The position numbers were made by a program, and so were the translations under genes. The notes beneath the pieces were generated by a model. That model saw only the letters and a list, made by a program, of their open reading frames with translations. It was not told where the DNA came from and made no database searches. Of a stretch of DNA of 64,000 nucleotides, positions 8,291 through 15,085 are shown piece after piece. The DNA is from an uncultured Alphaproteobacteria bacterium. GTDB lineage: Bacteria; Pseudomonadota; Alphaproteobacteria; RF32; CAG-239. Each line of letters begins with the position of its first letter. Position 1 is the first letter of the stretch. The stretch covers positions 101,025-165,024 of the forward strand of contig CALXVV010000002.1 of assembly GCA_944392205.1 (NCBI GenBank), written 5' to 3'.

Positions 8291-8319
8291 TTAATACATA
8301 TTATTTTGACATTAGTCAA
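8291..8319 (-). promoter_or_regulatory. sigma70-like promoter for rpmB
   Basis: On the minus strand: TTGACT (8319-8314), 17-nt spacer, TATTAA (8296-8291). The -35 element sits inside the palindrome ttgac-atta-gtcaa (8306-8319). Confidence 0.4.
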
Positions 8320-8403
8320 GGGAAAAATCGATTTAAATGCTGATTTTGAAAGTTTTTGCTGGTATTTTTGTTTTATTTGGTATATGAAACTAAGCAGAAT
8401 TTT

Positions 8404-8480
8404 GTACCCGTAGCTCAGTTGGATAGAGTATCAGCCTCCGACGCTGAGGGTCGTGGGTTCGAATCCCTCCGGGTACGCCA
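8404..8480 (+). tRNA. tRNA-Arg (anticodon CCG)
   Basis: Folded by hand into a 77-nt cloverleaf. Perfect 7-bp acceptor stem gtacccg/cgggtac; D-loop agttggata with A20; anticodon loop cTCCGAc; T-loop ttcgaat; encoded CCA. One U-U mismatch in the T-stem. Confidence 0.85.
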
Positions 8481-8516
8481 CAGAAAAAAACCACCCCTTT
8501 AGCGGGTGGCTTTTTT
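8462..8516 (+). repeat. direct repeat copy 1 (tRNA-Arg 3' 19 nt plus downstream 36 nt)
   Basis: aatccctccgggtacgccacagaaaaaaaccacccctttagcgggtggctttttt. Confidence 0.9.
8484..8516 (+). terminator. rho-independent terminator after tRNA-Arg
   Basis: ccaccc (8491-8496) / gggtgg (8504-8509) hairpin followed by T6. Confidence 0.7.
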
Positions 8517-8644
8517 GTGTGATGAGAACCCAGGGATTTGAACCCACGGGAAAGTGGGTTCGACTACCAGCGAAAGGCGAGCGGAAGCGCGCCGGTGAGC
8601 TTTGGCGAATGAGCGCCTGTGCAACTCAAGCGTTAGCGCAGAGT

Positions 8645-8701
8645 AATCCCTCCCTAGTACGCCACAGAAAAAAACCACCCCTTTAGCGGGTGGCTTTTTT
8701 T
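8645..8701 (+). repeat. direct repeat copy 2 (att-like)
   Basis: Identical to copy 1 except ggg to cta in the acceptor-strand part and one extra T. Confidence 0.9.
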
Positions 8702-8868
8702 GTTGGCGACCCTATCGTTCAAACATCGCCTTCAGGCTCGTTTTCACGAGGAGGGATCCGAACTTTTATAGTTTCGCTTCGGTTGCTGTCGCTTTCCTTG
8801 CTTAACAATAAAAGCTAGGGATACGTGTCAAAAACCTGACGTTGGTCAGCTTTTTGCCCCTATCCCGG

Positions 8869-8915
8869 CTCCGGGTACGCCACAGAAAAAACACTCCTTT
8901 AGTGAGTGTTTTTTT
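8869..8915 (+). repeat. direct repeat copy 3 (att-like, diverged)
   Basis: ctccgggtacgccacagaaaaaa is conserved. The hairpin is retained with paired changes (cactc/gagtg). Confidence 0.8.
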
Positions 8916-9480
8916 GTACCATAAGCGGCTGAATTTTTAGTGTTTTAAATAATTTTCTTAATCTTTTTATCATTAGAAAACGCGCAAGCGGTGGAATTAT
9001 TTTCTCTAGTTTCAGAAATGTCCAAGATTTGTAGGTTTCAAAACTTTTGAGATCTGTGTAGTATAAAAATTTATGACCGTTTCTCTGTTGAATAATGAAA
9101 TTTTTTAAGTTGAAATCATAGAAGAAAATATCGTGCTCTATTAAACAATAACTAAAATGCCAAAGCTGTGAAATTAGCTCTTCATCAATTTTGTTTCTAA
9201 ATAACCAATAATCCAGCGATTTTGAATAAGAACCATCCTCGTCTCTCAGCAATTCACAAACAAGGCCTTTGCCTTGATTGGTGTCAATTAGCTTATTTTC
9301 ATATTTGAGAATATATTCTGAGAGGTAGGATTGTATGCTAAAGTAAGTTTCTATTTCTTTTAGGAGTAATTTAGTGTTTTTTGGTGAAGTAGCTATTTTT
9401 ACACATTTGTTTACATCTTGTGGGTGCTCAAAACATATTCTCGTGGCTCCGTGGCCTATGAATTTGGTTAATATCAGCAT
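8899..9480 (-). CDS. YrbL-like (kinase-fold, PhoP-regulon YrbL family) protein
   Basis: GHGATRICFEHPQDVNKCVKI resembles the YrbL N-terminal motif G.G..R.C..HP.D...C.KI. FFYDFNLKNFII aligns with the YrbL LKPQNIL region. Visibly AT-rich relative to its neighbours. The 3' end reads through the repeat-3 hairpin. Confidence 0.5.
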   Translation of the reverse strand: MLILTKFIGHGATRICFEHPQDVNKCVKIATSPKNTKLLLKEIETYFSIQSYLSEYILKYENKLIDTNQGKGLVCELLRDEDGSYSKSLDYWLFRNKIDEELISQLWHFSYCLIEHDIFFYDFNLKNFIIQQRNGHKFLYYTDLKSFETYKSWTFLKLEKIIPPLARFLMIKRLRKLFKTLKIQPLMVQKNTH

Positions 9481-9514
9481 TTATGTTTACGCTTTTGGTA
9501 GCATTATTTTAATG

Positions 9515-9532
9515 ATGTAATTATAATTACAT
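9515..9532. promoter_or_regulatory. perfect 18-bp palindrome in a divergent promoter region (candidate XRE operator)
   Basis: atgtaattataattacat at 9515-9532, between the divergent starts at 9480 and 9567. An extra atgtaa half-site follows a few nt downstream. Confidence 0.4.
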
Positions 9533-9566
9533 TTAAATGTAAAAAGTCAACATCTAATCTATTTAT

Positions 9567-9809
9567 ATGAAAAGAGAAGATGCTGAAATATTATCTCGGA
9601 AAGTGGTTGAGATCCTTGAAAAAAAGCGAATTGAACGCAAGGTTACAAAGTTGCAGATTTCCAAGGAAACCGGTATTAGCCGTACGGCCATTACTCTGAT
9701 GGTGAAAAATAAAAACAGTCCAACATTGCGAACGCTGATGATGGTTGCCTCTTGTGTTGGTGTTGATATAAAAGATATTATCTCTGAAGCCGAAAATTCT
9801 TTAAAATAA
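9567..9809 (+). CDS. XRE-family helix-turn-helix transcriptional regulator (80 aa)
   Basis: KLQISKETGISRTAITLMVKNKNSPTLRTL is a typical HTH_3/XRE pattern. Confidence 0.75.
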   Translation: MKREDAEILSRKVVEILEKKRIERKVTKLQISKETGISRTAITLMVKNKNSPTLRTLMMVASCVGVDIKDIISEAENSLK

Positions 9810-9836
9810 AAGCCTCTAATTTGTATAGAGGCTTTT
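9808..9836. terminator. bidirectional hairpin terminator
   Basis: agcctcta (9811-9818) / tagaggct (9826-9833) between convergent genes. Confidence 0.6.
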
Positions 9837-9847
9837 ATCTCAAACCA

Positions 9848-10336
9848 CTAATTTGAAAGCAAAGCCGAGAAAAGAGCTGTGGCATTGCTTGAGTTATCTT
9901 TAGAGCTCATCGATGCTATGTTGCTGTAGCCTGCCGCCAGCATATTGGCGGCGCCTTCATCGCTGACGGCTTGAATCTGTGCTGCATAAGCCGCTGATAT
10001 GGTGCTGGTGCCTGTTGCGGTAGTCGATGAACTCAAAGATTGGTCCTTGGAGGTTGAAATTTCTTTGTTGGTGGTGTCTTCCGAGGCTGCTTGAGTCATT
10101 ACGTAGTCATGTTTATAAGATGTTCCCTGCATAATCTGCATTGCATAGGGATAGTCCTCGCTTTGGTCGGCATCTTCTGCACGGCCAACTTCAATATAAT
10201 ATTCGCCGGCAGTAGCTTTATATTCTCCACTTAAAATAGCCTTTATGTTTTGATATTCATCAGAATCTTTGTCAGCTGTGCTATCGCCGATTAAAATTTC
10301 TTTGTTGTTTTTTATTGTATAGACTTTTATGGTCAT
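9848..10336 (-). CDS. hypothetical protein with a C-terminal Ser/Thr/Ala-rich tail; the N-terminus resembles the second half of a PPC-type beta-sandwich
   Basis: ORF track entry. IKVYTIKNNKEILIGDS....YKATAGEYYIEVGRAED resembles the distal half of pre-peptidase C-terminal (PPC) domains, by eye only. Confidence 0.55.
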   Translation of the reverse strand: MTIKVYTIKNNKEILIGDSTADKDSDEYQNIKAILSGEYKATAGEYYIEVGRAEDADQSEDYPYAMQIMQGTSYKHDYVMTQAASEDTTNKEISTSKDQSLSSSTTATGTSTISAAYAAQIQAVSDEGAANMLAAGYSNIASMSSKDNSSNATALFSALLSN

Positions 10337-10732
10337 GCCGGGGCAGTCGCATCTAAAAGCCCGGCATTGGCTTGTTCTTCAGCCTTTTTAGCTTGTTCTT
10401 CCGCATAGCCTTCTGGGTCTAGTTGTTTTTTTTAGGTCTTCCAAATAACTATCGTAGGCGCTTAAGTCCAACACCTTATCATCGCTGCCGCTATTTCGAA
10501 GACTGATGCTCAAGGCCCCGTTGGATTGAACTTGAATCTTGTAGATATCCCTCTCGTTATATTTGCCGAGCTCCGCCACAGCCGTAACACGGGCATAGTT
10601 TAGACGCGTGTAGCCTAAGTCTCTGGCATTGGCCAAACTCTCATCTATGTTGTTTACATCGGTTACGCTCTTTTCCCAGCTGTAAACACCGTTTTCATCT
10701 TTGTTGGTAACGCTTGATATGGTACTGCTCAT
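10333..10732 (-). pseudogene. hypothetical protein interrupted by a 1-nt frame shift at an A8 tract (ORF-track frame ends at 10388)
   Basis: After the A8 run (T8 at 10426-10433 on the + strand) the tracked frame gives TTRPRRLCGRTS then stop. The frame reached by deleting one A gives QLDPEGYAEEQAKKAEEQANAGLLDATAPA then stop. That TGA (10335-10333) overlaps the ATG of the next ORF. Confidence 0.55.
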
Positions 10733-10733
10733 C

Positions 10734-10895
10734 CTATATCTCCCTTTGTTTAATTTGCAAAAGACTCTGTATCGTAAGCGGAGAAAGCCGATTGTTCAGA
10801 ACTCCTTCCAACATGTTGGGAGAATTATCTTCTACAACCGTGGCGGCCGTTTCATCAATGGCTTCTTCTGAGGGAGAGTTGTTTTCTGATTCCAT
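10734..10895 (-). CDS. small acidic hypothetical protein (53 aa), first gene of the three-ORF operon
   Basis: Hand translation: MESENNSPSEEAIDETAATVVEDNSPNMLEGVLNNRLSPLTIQSLLQIKQREI. AAGGAA upstream of the start. Its TAG lies 1 nt before the next ATG, with GGGAGA serving as that gene's RBS. Too short for the ORF track. Confidence 0.35.
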   Translation of the reverse strand: MESENNSPSEEAIDETAATVVEDNSPNMLEGVLNNRLSPLTIQSLLQIKQREI

Positions 10896-11108
10896 CTGCT
10901 TTTCCTTATAAAAGTATTTTCAGTTAAAAATTCGGCTTCTACCAAAGTCCGCTTTTCATACTTCTTATGGAAAAACTTTTCTGGACAACAATACTGATAT
11001 TATTTTTTTATGAAAACTTTAAAAAATGTTTAATTTGCTCTTCTTATTACCTTTATTTAATCTTTTCGTGATAGTCATGTTATCAATATTTGCTTGATGG
11101 AGGCCTAA

Positions 11109-12944
11109 ATGCTTGAACATATGAATGCCATTACTTTAGTCTTTGCCAGCTTGTGTGTGTTTGCCATTGCGTACAGGTTCTATGGTTTGTTTATGGCAAA
11201 TAAGGTGTTGCGCCTGGATGCCAGACGCGAAACTCCGGCGGTGAAATATGCCGACGGGCATGACTATGTCAGCACCAATAAAACGGTTTTGTTTGGCCAC
11301 CATTTTGCTGCTATTGCCGCTGCCGGGCCCTTGGTTGGACCGGTGTTGGCCGCACAATTCGGGTATTTGCCGGGGGCTTTGTGGATATTGATCGGCTGTG
11401 TGCTGGCGGGCGGAGTTCATGATATGGTGGTTTTGTTTGCTTCTGTGCGCCATAAGGGGCAGAGCCTGGCTACCATAACCCGCAGAGAAGTGGGCCCTCT
11501 AACCGGTACGGTTGCCGGGTTTGCCGTCTTGTTTATCTTAATTTTGACCTTGGCCGGTCTTTCTTTGGCTTGTGTCAGCGCAATGCACAATGCTCCGTGG
11601 TCGCTCTTTATTGTGGTGATTACCATGCCGATTGCTGTTCTTATGGGCGTGATTATGAAGTTGCGCCAAAATAGTGTCAGCTTGGCAAGCGTCATTGGCA
11701 TTTCTTTGTTGCTTATCGGAATCGTCTCGGGCCATGCATTGATGCAGCCGGAGGCTTTCGGCCCTTTGTTTGATTGGGATAAGTCTACGGTTTCCTTGGC
11801 CATCCCTGCTTATGGTTTTATAGCTTCTGTTTTGCCAATCTGGCTTTTGTTGGTGCCGCGGGATTATTTATCAACCTATCTTAAAATCGGCACTATCCTC
11901 ATGCTGGCGGTTGGAATCATCTTGGTGCGGCCGGAAATATTGATGCCTGCCTTCACTCCGTTTATCAACGGTGGCGGGCCGGTTATTAACGGGCCGGTGC
12001 TGCCGTTTATCTTTATTACCATTGCTTGTGGTGCAATATCCGGTTTTCATGCCATTATCGGTACCGGAACAACACCCAAAATGCTCGGGAATGAGCGAGA
12101 AATCCTCTTTGTCGGCTATGGCGCAATGTTAACAGAAGGGTTTGTGGCAATGATGGCTTTGATTGCCGCTTGCACTCTGATGCCCGGAGATTATTTTGCC
12201 ATCAACTCTCCGCATGATGTTTATGCCTCCCTTGTGCAGAATCATCCAAATCTGGCCGCGGTAGATTTGCCGTTTTTTGAAGAACATATCGGAATTGACC
12301 TCCATGGGCGTACCGGCGGGGCTGTCTCTTTGGCGGTGGGAATGGCGCATATCTTTCGCAATCTTCCCTACATGGATCACTTGATGGCTTATTGGTATAA
12401 TTTTGCCGTGATGTTTGAAGCTGTCTTTATCTTGACCGCCATTGATGCCGGAACTAGAGTGGGACGTTTCTTTTTGCAGGAGATGATGGGACTTGTTTAT
12501 CCTAAATTTAATGACAAAGAATGGTGGCCAGGCATCATCTTAAGCAGTGCCGTGTTCACTTTCTTGTGGGGCTATCTGGTTTATACCGGAAATATCAGCA
12601 GTATATGGCCGTTGTTTGGGTTGAGCAACCAGTTGCTGGCGGCTTGCGCTTTGATTGTTTGCACCACCATGTTGCTGCGGCTTAATAGAGGGTTTTATGC
12701 TTTGGCGGTAGCAATTCCCGGAATCTTTATGGTCGGAGTTACTTTCTGGGCCGGATATTTGCAGGTCTTTGAACAGTATTGGCCGCAAAAACAATATCTG
12801 CTCGCGGTGCTCGGCTTACTGGTGATGTTCCTGATGATTCTTGTCTTGTTTGGGACTTTTGCCAAATGGAAAAAGCTGTTTGCCGAAAAGCGCCTGCTTA
12901 AAGACGCCTATGGTGAGCCTGTTAAGGAATTGGCCGAGGAATAA
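11109..12944 (+). CDS. cstA: carbon starvation protein A (CstA family peptide/pyruvate transporter)
   Basis: N-terminus [44 protein letters not shown]-like block, polytopic, 611 aa. Confidence 0.9.
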   Translation: [611 protein letters not shown]

Positions 12945-13024
12945 AAACAAAGTTTTATGGAAAAATACTTGCTTATCAATATTGTTGTTGTATAAACAAA
13001 GTATAATTTATGAGGAGAAAAATC

Positions 13025-13174
13025 ATGTCTAAATGCACAAATCCAAAATGCCACAACCCCAACTGCACTTGCGGCGAAAATTGCACTTGTGACGAAAACC
13101 ATCAATGCAGCGAAGGTAAAAAGGAGCAAGGCGCCAAAAAAGAAGGTTGCTGCTGCAATAAAAAAAATAAATAA
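13025..13174 (+). CDS. Cys-rich metallothionein-like small protein (49 aa)
   Basis: GAGGAG at 13012-13017, 7 nt before the ATG. MSKCTNPKCHNPNCTCGENCTCDENHQCSEGKKEQGAKKEGCCCNKKNK has 10 Cys, 2 His, no aromatic residues, and CxC and CCC motifs. Absent from the ORF track (under 60 aa). Confidence 0.55.
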   Translation: MSKCTNPKCHNPNCTCGENCTCDENHQCSEGKKEQGAKKEGCCCNKKNK

Positions 13175-13199
13175 TATTTTCTCTTAGAAAGCCCTGCGG

Positions 13200-13898
13200 A
13201 TGCTGAAATTTAACCGGAACGTTAAGTGGAAAAACCGATTAAGTTTTCTGAAAAACTATCGTTTTAATCCAGAAGCTTTTATGCGAATCCAAATCGATAA
13301 ATCTCTTAAAAAAGAGTTTTATCGCAAAAGTATTCATCTTAGCTCTTTGTGGATTCCCTTGGTTATCTACTTTATGCATCCGGGGTTTAGCGTCTCTTTA
13401 TTTGCGCTTCTTTTGCTCGGAGATATCGGGCTTGAGTATGCTAACTATAAAAAATATCCGTGGGCCAGGCAGATATTCGGCAAGCTCTTTGCTAAAACGT
13501 TGCGCAATAAAGAAACCGTTCATGCCAGATTTCAGGCCACGGGGTCTATGTATGTGTTGGCTGCAGCCATCCTTTGCACCATCCTTTTTTCAAGGCCGGT
13601 AGCGGTTATTGCTTTGTCTGTTATGTTGGTGTCTGACACCGCAGCGGCGTTGTTTGGCAAGGCATATGGCAGCCGCAAGCTCTATAAAAATAAATCTTTG
13701 GAAGGAACAACAGCCTTTTTTATGAGCGCGCTGTTTGTTAATATGATTTTGGCGCCGATGTTTCCCTTTAATGTCGCCAGTGTGATTGCCTGTTTGGCGG
13801 CAACTTTTGCCGAAATGTTTGAGGATAAACTGGATATTGATGACAACTTCTCCATTCCCTTGGTGGTTGGAGCTTTGTTGACGTTCCTTAATCTCTAA
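13200..13898 (+). CDS. CTP_transf_1-family membrane protein (phytol/dolichol-kinase or CdsA-like)
   Basis: SDTAAALFGKAYGSRKLYKNKSLEGTTAFF matches the D..A...G...G..K....KS.EG motif. Polytopic. The real start may be the internal ATG near 13281 (MRIQIDK). Confidence 0.55.
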   Translation: MLKFNRNVKWKNRLSFLKNYRFNPEAFMRIQIDKSLKKEFYRKSIHLSSLWIPLVIYFMHPGFSVSLFALLLLGDIGLEYANYKKYPWARQIFGKLFAKTLRNKETVHARFQATGSMYVLAAAILCTILFSRPVAVIALSVMLVSDTAAALFGKAYGSRKLYKNKSLEGTTAFFMSALFVNMILAPMFPFNVASVIACLAATFAEMFEDKLDIDDNFSIPLVVGALLTFLNL

Positions 13899-13901
13899 AA
13901 T

Positions 13902-14978
13902 TTAGCTCAAAACCTCATCTATAATTCCGCCGCCCAAAACAATATCTTTGTTGTATAAAACTATTGATTGGCCGGGGGTGAGGGCTTTTTGCGGGGTGGC
14001 AAACTCAACCTTTATTCCGTTATCGGTTTTTGTGACTATAACTTTTGTCGGGATTTGAGAAGAGCGGACTTTTGCCCCTGCCTCAAATGAGGTATCCGGC
14101 AGTGCAAAATCCATCCAAGTGCAATTATCTGCCGTGAGAGTTGTTCTCAAACTTTCTTCCTCGTGAGCCAAAATAACCTCGTTTCTCTCTTTGTTAAAAC
14201 CAACAACATATAGCGGGCGGTCAGATGACACGCCGAGGCCGCGGCGTTGGCCGATGGTATAGTTCCAAATACCGTTGTGGCGGCCCAAAATCTTTCCATC
14301 AGGAGAGACAAAGTTACCGGGGTTGTCTTTAACCTCCAGCAGATCACTATAACTTCCGGAATAAAAGTCTTGGCTATCAGGCTTATCAAAAACCTTTAAC
14401 CCGGCCTCCCGGGCCAGTTCTCTGATTTCCGGCTTGCTATATTCTCCCAGAGGTAACAAGATTTTGCTTAATTGCTCTTGCTGCAAGCGGTAGAGAAAAT
14501 AAGACTGGTCTTTGCTTAAATCTTTAGCCGTTCGCAGAAAATAGCGATTACTTGCCTTATTGAAGTCCAAACAAGCATAATGTCCGGTCGCAAACTTATC
14601 AAACTCCAGCCCCTGTTCTTTGGCGGTGCGGGGCAGAGCCTCAAACTTGATGGTGGCATTGCACCAAATGCAGGGGTTAGGTGTGCGGCCGTTTAGGTAT
14701 TCTTGCCTGAAATTGGATAAAACAAGTTTTTTATACTGTTCTCGGCAATCAAAGACATAGTAGGGGATGTCTAATTTTTTGCAAATATCTCGGGCGGATT
14801 CAATATCTTTCTTTTCTTTGGGGCCAAAGCAGGCTTCTTTGCCGTTGGGGGCAAGTGCGCGCACCTTTTGGTCCCATATGGTCATGGTGGCGCCGATTAC
14901 CTCATAGCCTTTTCTTTTTAGCAACAATGCGGCCACTGAAGAATCTACGCCGCCGCTCATTCCTACCAGAACTTTCAT
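13902..14978 (-). CDS. mnmA: tRNA 2-thiouridine(34) synthase MnmA
   Basis: VGMSGGVDSSVAA PP-loop, NPCIWCN, and the QSYFLY block. Confidence 0.95.
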   Translation of the reverse strand: MKVLVGMSGGVDSSVAALLLKRKGYEVIGATMTIWDQKVRALAPNGKEACFGPKEKKDIESARDICKKLDIPYYVFDCREQYKKLVLSNFRQEYLNGRTPNPCIWCNATIKFEALPRTAKEQGLEFDKFATGHYACLDFNKASNRYFLRTAKDLSKDQSYFLYRLQQEQLSKILLPLGEYSKPEIRELAREAGLKVFDKPDSQDFYSGSYSDLLEVKDNPGNFVSPDGKILGRHNGIWNYTIGQRRGLGVSSDRPLYVVGFNKERNEVILAHEEESLRTTLTADNCTWMDFALPDTSFEAGAKVRSSQIPTKVIVTKTDNGIKVEFATPQKALTPGQSIVLYNKDIVLGGGIIDEVLS

Positions 14979-15043
14979 CTTTTTTTCTTTCTAGGTTGTT
15001 TCTTTATCAGCCTTATTATATCTATTTTATTTTTTTATCAAAT

Positions 15044-15074
15044 AAAAAAATCCCCGGAAACTTCCGGGGATTTT
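15044..15074 (-). terminator. rho-independent terminator after the sugar porter gene
   Basis: tccccgg (15051-15057) / ccgggga (15064-15070). The A-run on the + strand is the T-run on the - strand. Confidence 0.7.
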
Positions 15075-15085
15075 GTGCCGCTTCT

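Noticed and set aside
8517-8868. Possible two-piece (permuted) alphaproteobacterial tmRNA, or extra tRNA genes, between the repeat copies
   Set aside because: I translated all frames on both strands looking for a tag ORF ending in a hydrophobic AA-type terminus and found none. The T-arm-like fragments do not fold into 5-bp T-stems or complete cloverleaves. Copy 2 has a broken acceptor strand (cta for ggg). I treat these as scars or fragments. A covariance-model scan (tRNAscan-SE, ARAGORN, Infernal) would settle it.
12908-13129. 73-aa minus-strand ORF from the ORF track
   Set aside because: It overlaps the cstA 3' end and has no RBS. The plus strand here carries a much better-supported Cys-rich ORF with a GAGGAG RBS (13025-13174).
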